Virus record (IMG/VR): IMGVR_UViG_3300046616_000242
Span: 1-64,000 of that record
Length of the DNA stretch: 64,000 nucleotides
DNA from: a virus
Direction: 5' to 3' (one strand)
The position numbers were made by a program, and so were the translations under genes. Under the pieces are notes generated by a model. It was not told the DNA's origin and searched no databases. It worked only from the letters and a program-made list of their open reading frames with translations. Shown here in pieces: positions 17,643-26,730 of this stretch. Each line of letters starts with the position of its first letter. The stretch's first letter is position 1.

Positions 17643-18617
17643 CTAGAAGAGCGAGCCCTGGCCGGGGGCCGGGGGCTTCTTCGACTTCTTGCGCTCATTG
17701 ACGGAGTCGGTGAGCATCGAGTGCCACTCACTCGCCGAAGGAGCCTTGGGAGCGGCCTTCTTACGCGCCGCGCTCGGCTTGGGCGTCAGGTCGTCGAACG
17801 ACATCTGGCCCTTGCCTGGCCCCGGCTGGACCGGCTTGTCCTCCCGCTGCCGGACGGCCTTGACCTTCGGCCCGGACTCGCCCGGGGGGAACAGGCCGCG
17901 CTGTACGCCCTTGCCGACACCACCGGCAGAAGGCTGGGGGGCCGCCTGCACCACAGGGGTGGAGTTCGTACGCGCCGGGCGGGGAGCAGCCTTGGCGGCC
18001 GGAGCGAAGTTGCCCTGGCTGAACTGCTGCGGGCTCTGGACCGGGGACACCTCGGCGGGCGAGGCACCTCCCGGCTTGGGCCGGATGCCGATCTTGCGGG
18101 CGCCGCGCGAGCCGTCGGGGTTGTAGGTCGGGTAGGTGCGGATCTGGTGACCCTGGCCGTGGTCTCGCCACTCCGCCTGGCCGCCGGGCGCCGGGGACGG
18201 GCTGGCGGTCGACTTGGCACCCGCGCCGAAGGTGTCGTTGTAGGCGGCCCAGCCACCGGACTCCGACGGCTTCTTCTGCGCCTGGATGGCGTCCATGCGC
18301 TGGTTGAAGGTGTGCAGCAGGTCGGTCCCAGCGGTGGAGTGCTGCGCGTGCCAGCCGTAGGAGTCCGAGACGTGGTCCTCGCCGACGCGCTTGATCTCCT
18401 CGCGGGCGGCCGGAGACGCCTGCGGGGCGGGCGCCTGGCTCTTCTGGCCCTTGACGCGGATCTTGATGCGGGAGTTGGCGGGCTGCTGGCCCTGCTTGGC
18501 GTTCTCCAGGTCGTCCAGGCGCTGCTCGACGGAGCGGTGGGCGCCGGGGAACTGGAGCGGGCTCAGCCAGCGCTCCTTGAACTTGCTGGTGATCGCGTGT
18601 ATGCCATCGACGCTCAT
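17643..18617 (-). CDS. Low-complexity Pro/Ala/Lys-rich protein with QxxLF-like motifs
   Basis: ATG 18617; QRGLF, QMSF, C-terminal QGSLF. Confidence 0.7.
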   Translation of the reverse strand: MSVDGIHAITSKFKERWLSPLQFPGAHRSVEQRLDDLENAKQGQQPANSRIKIRVKGQKSQAPAPQASPAAREEIKRVGEDHVSDSYGWHAQHSTAGTDLLHTFNQRMDAIQAQKKPSESGGWAAYNDTFGAGAKSTASPSPAPGGQAEWRDHGQGHQIRTYPTYNPDGSRGARKIGIRPKPGGASPAEVSPVQSPQQFSQGNFAPAAKAAPRPARTNSTPVVQAAPQPSAGGVGKGVQRGLFPPGESGPKVKAVRQREDKPVQPGPGKGQMSFDDLTPKPSAARKKAAPKAPSASEWHSMLTDSVNERKKSKKPPAPGQGSLF

Positions 18618-18904
18618 GGTCGTGTGTCCCTTCGGACGAAGTAGAGGTAGCGGTGCGCGGCGAGGAGGGAGAAGAGGAAGCCGACGTTGATCCAGGACCG
18701 GCCGGACGAGGGCGAGGTCCAGAAGACGGCGCAGAAGACGGCGACGTTGGCGCTGTAGAGGAACAGGGCGGCGGACAGCCACTTCTCTGCGGCGCCGAGC
18801 TGGCGCCAGACGGGGATGGAGGCCCGCAGCAGCAGGGCCGAGAACGCGGCGCCGACGGCCGCGTTGAGGATGCGGGTAATAGTGATCACCAGGGCGACGG
18901 TCAC
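18614..18904 (-). CDS. Small three-TM membrane protein
   Basis: Three hydrophobic segments, GTGA overlap. Confidence 0.65.
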   Translation of the reverse strand: MTVALVITITRILNAAVGAAFSALLLRASIPVWRQLGAAEKWLSAALFLYSANVAVFCAVFWTSPSSGRSWINVGFLFSLLAAHRYLYFVRRDTRP

Positions 18905-19395
18905 AGGATCTCCATGTGTGGTCTCGGGTCTTCTTCGCGTAGTGCTCGTTGCCGCTCGACCTCGCCGACCAGTTCGGACCAGGGCGTGACGGTGTCGCGG
19001 TAGTCCGGCCGGAAGCGCGGGGAGGAGTAGTTGGGGTGCAGGTAGTTGAGGACCCCGACGCCCTGGGACATGACGTGCGCGGCGATCTGCGGATTGGGTT
19101 CGACCAGCAGCTCGACGTTGCATCCGGCCTGCCGAAGGCGTCCGATCTGCCGCATGCGGCGCTCGGCGGGGTCCTCGGGGTCCAGGGGGTTGGCGGGGAT
19201 CAGGTAGGGGTGCTTGTTGAAGCCGTTGACCTTCAGCCAGTACTGGACCGGCTCGATGTCCTCGCGGTCGCTGATGAGGGCGACCTTGTAGGACTCCATC
19301 AGGCCCCAGTACAGGCGCTGGCCCTGGTGGATGACGGCTTCTCCGACCTCGCGGGAGAGCACACCTTCGATGACGATGGCGACGGTTGCAGACAT
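18901..19395 (-). CDS. HAD-fold-like protein with degenerate motif I
   Basis: VAIVIEGVL in place of DxDGVL; ALISDR, WLKVNG, LLVEPNP. Confidence 0.5.
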   Translation of the reverse strand: MSATVAIVIEGVLSREVGEAVIHQGQRLYWGLMESYKVALISDREDIEPVQYWLKVNGFNKHPYLIPANPLDPEDPAERRMRQIGRLRQAGCNVELLVEPNPQIAAHVMSQGVGVLNYLHPNYSSPRFRPDYRDTVTPWSELVGEVERQRALREEDPRPHMEIL

Positions 19396-19402
19396 GGCGC
19401 CG

Positions 19403-20233
19403 TCACCCGTGCTCGTGCTCGTGGAGGCCGGTTCGGTGCTCGGTCTCGTGCGTCTGGAAGGCGTTCTTGGCGTTCATGTTCGGGCTGTAGCCGTGGTGCT
19501 TGACCAGGTGCTCGACGACGTCCTCGGGTGCCGACTTCTTCTTGATCTTCGGCAGTTGCTCGGCCTTGAACTGGTCGAGGTTGAGCACCTGGGCGCCGAC
19601 GTGGGTGTCTCCCCGGCCGCGCGCTTCAGCGAGCCGGTGGTGTGCGTCCGCGACGTACGGTGTACCGCCCTGGACGACCACCTTGACGTGCGGGTGGTCG
19701 GGATCGAGCGGGCCGGTGATGTAGGAGTGGGAGCCGGTCTCGAACGCGGTCTGGCCGGTGTGCAGCACCGAGCTGGTGCTGATGCTCTGGAACTTGGCGT
19801 GCTTGTTCCAGAACGCCTCGTTGCCGTGGCTCATCTGCGGGCCGTGCTTCTCGTACCAGCGGTCACCGATCTTGGGGTCGACGACGTTGCCGTGGCCGTC
19901 CAGGTGCCCGAACTGCTGCGGGTTGTGCGGCGGGCCCATGACCATCTGCCCCTCGGACTGGGGGTAGCTGGTGCGCTCCTCGTCGTGGATCAGGTCGTGG
20001 TCGCGCGGGGAGCCGATGGCGGTGACCTTGGTGTGCATCCCGCCCGGGTTGGGGGTGGGATGCGGGATATTAAGCGCGCCGGGTTTGTAGTGCGTTTGAA
20101 GGTGCAGCGGGGTGTCGCGCGTCAGGTGGTACTGGGCGCGCAGTGCGTTCTGCTTCTTCGCCTGCGGGGACTTGGTGTCCAGCGGGACCGGCAGTGCGGT
20201 CTGCTCGAACTGCGGCCCGAGGGGGTTGGCCAT
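19403..20233 (-). CDS. His-rich protein with ParB/Srx-like domain
   Basis: VKVVVQGGTPYVADAHHRLAEARGRG resembles ParB-N DGHHR. Confidence 0.55.
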   Translation of the reverse strand: MANPLGPQFEQTALPVPLDTKSPQAKKQNALRAQYHLTRDTPLHLQTHYKPGALNIPHPTPNPGGMHTKVTAIGSPRDHDLIHDEERTSYPQSEGQMVMGPPHNPQQFGHLDGHGNVVDPKIGDRWYEKHGPQMSHGNEAFWNKHAKFQSISTSSVLHTGQTAFETGSHSYITGPLDPDHPHVKVVVQGGTPYVADAHHRLAEARGRGDTHVGAQVLNLDQFKAEQLPKIKKKSAPEDVVEHLVKHHGYSPNMNAKNAFQTHETEHRTGLHEHEHG

Positions 20234-21225
20234 CACGACCTCCGGTAGGGGGTGTTCCAAAGAGCCGCCTTCGCGAGCGCGGTGGCGGCGTCATCGAGTG
20301 GAGCCCCGTAGAGGTCGGTCTCCTGCGCCTTGTGGGCCTCGACGTCCGTTGTGGCCAGGGAGTTCAGGGCCTGGACCGTGCCTGCCTGCTTGTGTGCCTG
20401 CCAGCGGAAGTTGTAGTAGTCGCCGTAGCCGGATCCCCCGGGGCCGAAGGCTTGCTTGCGGCCGATGTGGATGTCGTCGAAGAGGGCCTTGGCCTGCTCG
20501 ACGACGATCTTCTGGGAGGCCAGGGAGTTGTGCCACGTGGCCGAGTTCGGGGAGGCGCTGGAGGCCGTCGAGCGCAGGTGGCTGTAGCGCTCGATCAGCG
20601 TGCGGGCGTGGGCCTCTTCCGTCTGCACGGCGTCCCACCAGTGCTTCGGGTACAGGCTGTGGGGGTCGGTGGGCAGGGACGGCGGCCGGATGTCCCAGCG
20701 GTCACGGGTGAGGTTGTAGGCGGCGTAGGGGTTGATGGCCGCGATGGAATTCGACGTGGTTCCGGGGTTCAGGTAGTACGTGACCTCGTAGACCTGGCCA
20801 TGAAAATCGGTGATCGCGGTGTGCGGCCACAGGTTCTTCTTCAGGTCCGAGTTCATCAGGTCGGAGAATTCGGCTTCGGAGATTCCCTGGTAGGTGGGGT
20901 TCATCTCGTAGAACTTCGGGAAGTCGATTCCGAATAGGACGTCGAGGTCGCCGTTTCCACGGTCTCCGGCCCACTGGAAGGAGATGCCGGATCCGGCCAG
21001 CCAGGCGGCCAGCCAGGTGCGTACGCCCTGGTAGTGGCCGTCGAGGTAGGTATTAAGGACGCCGAGGATGTGGTCGCGGACGTCCGGCTTGATGTGGTCG
21101 CCGTCGAAGATGTGCGGGTCGAGCCCTGCCTGGGGTGTGCTGAAATACCCGGAGGCGCCCGTGTGAATGTCGGGCTGCTGTCCCTGGGTGATTGCGCGAT
21201 TGAGGTAGAACTCGTATCCGGCCAT
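20233..21225 (-). CDS. Pol-beta superfamily nucleotidyltransferase
   Basis: LAGSGISFQW...GDLDVLFG and later YEVTYY. Confidence 0.7.
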   Translation of the reverse strand: MAGYEFYLNRAITQGQQPDIHTGASGYFSTPQAGLDPHIFDGDHIKPDVRDHILGVLNTYLDGHYQGVRTWLAAWLAGSGISFQWAGDRGNGDLDVLFGIDFPKFYEMNPTYQGISEAEFSDLMNSDLKKNLWPHTAITDFHGQVYEVTYYLNPGTTSNSIAAINPYAAYNLTRDRWDIRPPSLPTDPHSLYPKHWWDAVQTEEAHARTLIERYSHLRSTASSASPNSATWHNSLASQKIVVEQAKALFDDIHIGRKQAFGPGGSGYGDYYNFRWQAHKQAGTVQALNSLATTDVEAHKAQETDLYGAPLDDAATALAKAALWNTPYRRS

Positions 21226-21250
21226 GCCTTCGATTCTAGCTGGAATAGGG

Positions 21251-21297
21251 AAAGCCCCCAGAATCCAATCCGATATGGAGGGAGACTGGGGGCTTTC
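21251..21297. terminator. Hairpin terminator
   Basis: AAAGCCCCCAG...CTGGGGGCTTT. Confidence 0.65.
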
Positions 21298-21312
21298 TAG
21301 TTGCTATTTCGT

Positions 21313-21702
21313 TCAGAGTTTCAGGCGGGAGCGCAGCGCGGCTTCCTGCTGCTGTTGCTGCATGGCCTGGCCCATCATCATCATCGCCTGCTGGGTCCTG
21401 GAGGCGGTCTCCATGACCTCAAGGTCCTTCAGCACGACGGAGGCCGCACCGTAGATGTCGTCGGGGGTGGCGCCGCGCCGGGGGACGAACTGCTGGGTGA
21501 GGTCGGAGGTGGCCACGACCGCACCGTCCAGGCCGACAGCGACGAGGAACGCCGTGGTGACGGGGGTGCCGATCTCGTCCTCGGAGGGCGGGTTCTCCTC
21601 GGCCATCCTGGCCAGGGTCTCGCGCTGCTCGGGGGTGAGGTCGTCGGTATTAAGCGGCTTGTCGGCGCTGCTGGTCTGGCCGAGGATCGGGATGTTGGGC
21701 AT
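21313..21702 (-). CDS. Hypothetical protein
   Basis: 129 aa ORF, GGAG RBS. Confidence 0.75.
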   Translation of the reverse strand: MPNIPILGQTSSADKPLNTDDLTPEQRETLARMAEENPPSEDEIGTPVTTAFLVAVGLDGAVVATSDLTQQFVPRRGATPDDIYGAASVVLKDLEVMETASRTQQAMMMMGQAMQQQQQEAALRSRLKL

Positions 21703-21731
21703 GTAGTGCTCCAGATGTGGTTCGGGTGGGG

Positions 21732-22217
21732 TTACTTGTACATTCCGGCCTTGCGGCGCGCGGCAGTTACGACCAGGGAGTGCACGGGGCAGAACTCGCA
21801 GAGGTAGCGGTCCTGGGCGCTGCTGTACTTCGGCATACCTGCCGCCTTGCGCTCTGCGGCGGTGTCCGGCGTGAGCCGCTTGGAGGCGGTCTTGTAGTCG
21901 TTGCAGCCGGGGTTGCGCAGGTGCTTCTGCCAGCAGGCGTGGGCGTCTTCCTGGAAGGTGTTCTTGGCGTTGTAGAACGCCGGGTCGAAGCCGGTGTGTC
22001 CCGTGTTCTCGCGGATCTTGGCGATGATCGTGTCGCGGGTGGAGGGGCTGTCCCAGTGCTTCTTCTCCACGCGCAGCAGCGGGTGGGCGATGTGGTCGGG
22101 GTGCTTCTGGACCAGGGCTTCGAGGAGGAAGTCCCTGCGCGGGTCGCCCTCGTAGTCGGGCAGTTCTTCGAGGCTGCCGCAGGTCTTACAGAGCAGGAGC
22201 CGTACGTGCTCGGCCAT
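21732..22217 (-). CDS. Zinc-binding hypothetical protein
   Basis: CKTC, H..H, C...H...C, CEFCPVH. Confidence 0.7.
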   Translation of the reverse strand: MAEHVRLLLCKTCGSLEELPDYEGDPRRDFLLEALVQKHPDHIAHPLLRVEKKHWDSPSTRDTIIAKIRENTGHTGFDPAFYNAKNTFQEDAHACWQKHLRNPGCNDYKTASKRLTPDTAAERKAAGMPKYSSAQDRYLCEFCPVHSLVVTAARRKAGMYK

Positions 22218-22309
22218 GGTGTCCTTCCTCAAGGGGCTGTTCAGGGACCAAACATAGCATCCCCACTACGCCTTTGGAAGACGTAATGGGGATGCCGTAA
22301 CGAAGTGGG

Positions 22310-23287
22310 TTACTTGCCGGTCGCCAGGTAGCGGCCGAGCAGCACGTAGGAGTCACCGGCCGTGGCGCCCTGGACGGACACCTTCTTGCCGGAGACGGCC
22401 ACCGTGCCGGATTTCGCGTGCGCGTAGCCGAGGGCTGCATTGGCCGGACCGCCGACCGCGACGACGACGTCACCGGCAGCCAGAGCGGCCTTGGCCACGT
22501 CCAGACGGCCAGTGGCGACGGCACCCTTGGGCTGGAACGCGTCAGTGGCCGCCGCAGCGGTCATGGAGTCGATGTTCTCGCCGAAGATCACCATCGTGTA
22601 CGCCTTCGCAGGGGTTGGAGCAGGAGGAGGAGTTGGCTTGGACGGAGCCGGAGGCGCGGGCGGCGCGGGCGGCTTGACGACCTTGGCCGGGATGGCCAGG
22701 GCCTTCCAGGTATTAAGGTCCCCGTTCAGCAGGTTCTGGTCGAGGCCGCCGACGATGCCGTACTGGTGCACGGTCCACGTCGCCCAGCCCTCGGTCAGCG
22801 GGTGCCCGGCCGGGTTGTTCGGGTCGGCTACCCACAGCGGGTAGGACCGCAGTTCCTTCTTCTGCGCGTCCGAAGCCACACCGAGCAGGCCGGTGAGGTA
22901 GGAGGTGTAGGTGTACAGGAGAGGGGACGCCTTCGTCTGCGCCTTCACGTACGCCAGGAACTTCAGGGCGTAGTTCAGACGCTGGCTCCAGGAGCCCTCG
23001 GACGCCTCCAGGTCGAGCGCCAGGACCTCGCCCGCCTGGGCGCCCGCAGCAGACAGGAAGTGCTTGGCCTCGCTCACCGCGTCCTGGGTCGGGTGAGCGA
23101 AGTGGTAGTGGCCCAGGGGCTTCTTCGCGGCCCGGGTGGCCTTCACGATGCTGGCGTGCCGCGTGTCGCCCGTGTGCTCGCCCTCGGACGCCTTGGCGAT
23201 GATGAAGGCGTTGTTCTTGCTGGCGATGGCCGACGCGATGTGCGCGGCGTCGTTGTTGTTGGAGAGGTCGACTCCGTGGAGGGACAT
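22310..23287 (-). CDS. Endolysin, GH25 muramidase plus Pro-rich linker and cell-wall-binding domain
   Basis: GVDLSNNN, IAKASEG, GHYHFA, LALDLE, LWVA, HQY, LDQN. Confidence 0.85.
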   Translation of the reverse strand: MSLHGVDLSNNNDAAHIASAIASKNNAFIIAKASEGEHTGDTRHASIVKATRAAKKPLGHYHFAHPTQDAVSEAKHFLSAAGAQAGEVLALDLEASEGSWSQRLNYALKFLAYVKAQTKASPLLYTYTSYLTGLLGVASDAQKKELRSYPLWVADPNNPAGHPLTEGWATWTVHQYGIVGGLDQNLLNGDLNTWKALAIPAKVVKPPAPPAPPAPSKPTPPPAPTPAKAYTMVIFGENIDSMTAAAATDAFQPKGAVATGRLDVAKAALAAGDVVVAVGGPANAALGYAHAKSGTVAVSGKKVSVQGATAGDSYVLLGRYLATGK

Positions 23288-23292
23288 CAGAC

Positions 23293-23541
23293 TCAGAATC
23301 CTGCCTGGCTCGGTGGGGTCTGGACGTAGTTGGGGGTGTGCACGGCCTTGCCGTCGGGGCGGACCTTGACCTCGTCCTCGTGGCGGCCGTACCAGACGTC
23401 GTTGAGGTCGACGCGGTGGCGCACGGTGGCCGAGTTGGCAACACCCAGGCCGCCACGGTCGACGACGATCTTCTTGTACTTGCCGTCGGTGGCGCCCTCG
23501 TTCAGTTCCGCGTTCATCGAACGCGAGGGTGCGTACGCCAT
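23293..23541 (-). CDS. Hypothetical protein
   Basis: 82 aa ORF, TAATG overlap. Confidence 0.7.
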   Translation of the reverse strand: MAYAPSRSMNAELNEGATDGKYKKIVVDRGGLGVANSATVRHRVDLNDVWYGRHEDEVKVRPDGKAVHTPNYVQTPPSQAGF

Positions 23542-23705
23542 TACTTCGCTCGCTTTCCGTTGCCGTTCTTACCGTCACGCCGGTCGTTGAAAATCGCCAG
23601 CGGCCTGGCGGAACCGGTTGATCCCGCCTGCGCCTTCCAGCGCACGTTGTCCGACATTCCGGCGCGGCGCTTGTCGTCGGCGCGGTGCGTCTTGTGTTTG
23701 GACAT
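23541..23705 (-). CDS. Small basic protein (MSKHKTHRADDKRR...)
   Basis: 54 aa, TAATG overlaps at both ends. Confidence 0.6.
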   Translation of the reverse strand: MSKHKTHRADDKRRAGMSDNVRWKAQAGSTGSARPLAIFNDRRDGKNGNGKRAK

Positions 23706-24001
23706 TAAAAGCCCCCGATGGTTGGCCTTGAACTACCAGAGTATCCGCCTTGAGTTCCCGTATAGGAGTTCGTCGAGGGCGAGGGATACACCTTGTCTAC
23801 CTGGAGCACGTCCTGAATTCCCAGGGCCGTGTCCCTGTATCCGAACCTCGGAGGGAAAAGAGGCCGGACGACCGGGGGCGGTGCGCTCTGGAGTGCGAGC
23901 ACATCGCCCGGGATGTTTGCGACGGAAAGCGCATCCGTGAGAATCCGCTCAGGGAGGGAATCCCACGGATGCGTCCTGTCGTAGACGGAATCCGCTGGCA
24001 C
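23705..24001 (-). CDS. Hypothetical protein
   Basis: 98 aa ORF. Confidence 0.65.
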   Translation of the reverse strand: MPADSVYDRTHPWDSLPERILTDALSVANIPGDVLALQSAPPPVVRPLFPPRFGYRDTALGIQDVLQVDKVYPSPSTNSYTGTQGGYSGSSRPTIGGF

Positions 24002-24002
24002 C

Positions 24003-25358
24003 TCAGTGCTCCGGCAGCGTGAACTGGGTGGCGTTCAACTTGTTCGGGTACGGATTTCCCCGATCCGCCTTCGGACGGTCGTACCAGCCGCCCTTCGGGG
24101 CTTCGTGATCCGGATCCGGGTGTCCGACACCCTGGGTATTAAGCCCGCTGCCCTTGCCGTAGGTATTAAGCGACGCGTCGTGCTTGTCGCCCCGTCGCCG
24201 CTTCTCCTCCGACCACTGCGCGGACTGCATGTTCGTGAGGCTGTTGAGACCCCGCTCGGACATGACGTTCCGGGCGACGTGGTCGTGGAACGCGTGGATG
24301 CCCTTGATGCCCATGTAGGCCTGCTGACTCCCGGGACCCTTCTTGGCCTCCAGGTGCGGAGCGAAGGCACCACCACCGCTGTGCGTGTCCGACACCCAGA
24401 ACTGCGAGGAGCCATGGGGGTCGACCCACGAGTTGTGATAGGCCGAGACCTTCTCACCGGCCGTCGGCTTCCACGCGTTCGACAACTGCTTGCCGTTGAG
24501 CACCTGGTGCGTCACGTCGATGGCGAGCGCGTGGTTACGCGGGTAGCCGTTGACCGGGTAGGCGCGGTTGTCGCCTTCCTTCTTCACCAGTTCCGTGGAC
24601 TTCTGGCCCGTCTTCGAGGTGACGGTCTTCTCGACCTTGTCCTCGCGTGGCACGTGGTAGTCCGGGTGGTAGTGGTAGTCGTCGCCGGTCTTGCCGGACT
24701 TCGCCCACTGGATCGCGTGGCTGGCCGCCTCGTCGTTGGGGTAGACGGCCTTGCCGGTCTCCTTGTCCGGCCGCACGAAGACGTTCTGCGGGGACGTGAT
24801 CGCGTTCGCAGCGGCCTGGACGCCGAAGGGGACGCCGTTCTCCTTGGCCGACACCTTCAGGCGCGCACGCGGGCTCAGGGAACCATCGCGGGTGTGGTCC
24901 TCGGCCGGGCTGTAGAACGAGTCGTGGTGCCCGCCCTCGTGGGCGTAGGCGCGGTCGACCTGGGCACCCAGCGCGCGGTGCGCCGAGTCGGGGGTGACGC
25001 CGAACTTCGCGGCCGAGCGCAGCACGCGGGCCTGCTCGTGCGGGGAGTAGTCCTCCCAGCGCCGGTTGACCGGCATCATGTCCTTGACCGGGGCCATGGT
25101 GTGCTGCCCGTGCCAGACGTCGGATCCCTCGGGGCCCGCGAGTTCCATCTGGCCGTGCAGGTTCGGCGCCTTGTCGGTGTTCCCCATCAGGGAGTACGAC
25201 TGCCGTGGCGTGCGACCGGCACCGGGCTGGTCCTGGATGGTCTTGAACCGCTCGGGGTTGGACGCCTCGAACGTCTCGCGCTTGGTGGTGGCGGCCTTCA
25301 CTTCGCTGTTGTACTTGCGCGTGTCCGCGCCCTTCTGGGCCGGAGTCTTTCCTGCCAT
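24003..25358 (-). CDS. Protein with possible HhH-GPD/EndoIII glycosylase-like fold
   Basis: AITSPQ, KVSAYHNSWVDP, WVSDTH (cf. VDTH), MQSAQW. Confidence 0.45.
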   Translation of the reverse strand: MAGKTPAQKGADTRKYNSEVKAATTKRETFEASNPERFKTIQDQPGAGRTPRQSYSLMGNTDKAPNLHGQMELAGPEGSDVWHGQHTMAPVKDMMPVNRRWEDYSPHEQARVLRSAAKFGVTPDSAHRALGAQVDRAYAHEGGHHDSFYSPAEDHTRDGSLSPRARLKVSAKENGVPFGVQAAANAITSPQNVFVRPDKETGKAVYPNDEAASHAIQWAKSGKTGDDYHYHPDYHVPREDKVEKTVTSKTGQKSTELVKKEGDNRAYPVNGYPRNHALAIDVTHQVLNGKQLSNAWKPTAGEKVSAYHNSWVDPHGSSQFWVSDTHSGGGAFAPHLEAKKGPGSQQAYMGIKGIHAFHDHVARNVMSERGLNSLTNMQSAQWSEEKRRRGDKHDASLNTYGKGSGLNTQGVGHPDPDHEAPKGGWYDRPKADRGNPYPNKLNATQFTLPEH

Positions 25359-25473
25359 TACGACGAACCTGCTCCCTGGGTCTTCTGCGCGTCGCGTTCG
25401 GACTGCGCCGGGCTCTTGGGGGTGGCCTTCTTGATCGCCTGGATCTGGCCCCGGAACTCCTGAGTGCGCACAC

Positions 25474-26031
25474 TCACCTCCACTGGTCGGGCGAGTTGTA
25501 CGGCGACGCGGACGGCAGCAGCTTCTTCAGCCGCTCGCTGCGGACCGGGTCGATGTCGGCCATGACCTCGGAGATGCCGTATTTCTGCTGAAGGGCGCCC
25601 ATCTCGGCCGGGGAGAGCGCCTGGTTCTTGCCCATGTGGGCCAGCCGCTCGGTGACGTCGCCCTTCTGCGTCCACTTCAGGCCCTGGGCCTCGTAGACGA
25701 GACCGGCCTGCGGGTTGACCCCGCCCACGTCCGGCCAGAAGTAGTCGGAGCGGTCGATGACGTCGCCCTTGTGGACACCGCGCTGATAGCTGCGGTCGGT
25801 CAGGCGCTTCTGAACGCCCTCCATGACGCGGTCGCGTCGTCTGTCGTTGATCGTGCCGAGGTAGCCGTCGGGGTAGTCCGCTGAAGGCGTGCGAGCGCCC
25901 ATAGCAGCGCGCCGGGCGTCCAGTCCGTCGCGGAAGGAGAGAGCATCTGTTCCTGCTCCACCATTCGCGCGCACTGGAGCGCCCGGCTGTCCGATGGCGT
26001 ACGGCGTGTTGTACGACCAGTTGCTGGACAT
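25474..26031 (-). CDS. Hypothetical protein
   Basis: 185 aa ORF, YPDGYLGTI..RR motif. Confidence 0.75.
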   Translation of the reverse strand: MSSNWSYNTPYAIGQPGAPVRANGGAGTDALSFRDGLDARRAAMGARTPSADYPDGYLGTINDRRRDRVMEGVQKRLTDRSYQRGVHKGDVIDRSDYFWPDVGGVNPQAGLVYEAQGLKWTQKGDVTERLAHMGKNQALSPAEMGALQQKYGISEVMADIDPVRSERLKKLLPSASPYNSPDQWR

Positions 26032-26042
26032 GGCTGCCTACG

Positions 26043-26381
26043 TCACGCGCCCTGTCGGTACTGGCGCCGGAGATAAAAGTCCCGGTTGCCGACGGCGCTC
26101 GGGACGGTCACGACGTTGCGCTGGACGACCCCGGACTCAGCCGCGTTGGCCTGGTACAGGATCGCGGTCGGCCGCAGCGAGGCGCCGTTGCGCTCCATGA
26201 TGTTGGGACGGTGCGAGGCCGTCGCCGACTCCAGGAAGCCGCCCTTGGACTGGTTCTTCTTCGGGACGGACCGGCCCTTGATCGGCTTGGCCACGTTGCC
26301 GAGACGGGAGGCGTCGGTGCCCATGGTCGGACGCAGCGACGGGTTGTCCGTCGTCACGATGTTGTCCTTCTTCTTCGCCAC
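26043..26381 (-). CDS. Basic hypothetical protein
   Basis: GTG 26381 with AAGGAG RBS. Confidence 0.7.
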   Translation of the reverse strand: MAKKKDNIVTTDNPSLRPTMGTDASRLGNVAKPIKGRSVPKKNQSKGGFLESATASHRPNIMERNGASLRPTAILYQANAAESGVVQRNVVTVPSAVGNRDFYLRRQYRQGA

Positions 26382-26395
26382 TGCTGGCTCCTTGG

Positions 26396-26674
26396 TTAGC
26401 CGCCGAGGGTGCGGTACGGGTTCTTGTCGATCCACAACCGGCTGTCGTAGGTCTGCGACGAAGCGCCGTTGAGCGAAGGAGCGAAACCGCCGCCGATGCG
26501 CTTTCGGTCGTAGTCCTCAGAGCCCAGACCGTTTGCGGAGCCGCGCACCTGCTTCTCGTCGAAGACAGACGTCGGGGTAAAGCGCTGCGTACGGATCGGC
26601 TGTGCGGACGGGAACTTTGTTTCCATTGCGCCCGTCGAAAACGAGCCGTTGCGCCCGTCCGAAACACCATTCAT
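26396..26674 (-). CDS. Hypothetical protein
   Basis: 92 aa ORF, GGAGG RBS. Confidence 0.7.
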   Translation of the reverse strand: MNGVSDGRNGSFSTGAMETKFPSAQPIRTQRFTPTSVFDEKQVRGSANGLGSEDYDRKRIGGGFAPSLNGASSQTYDSRLWIDKNPYRTLGG

Positions 26675-26730
26675 TTCGCCTCCACTGGATCAAACCCAGT
26701 GTAAAGACGGAAAGGCAGCAGATTAGAACT

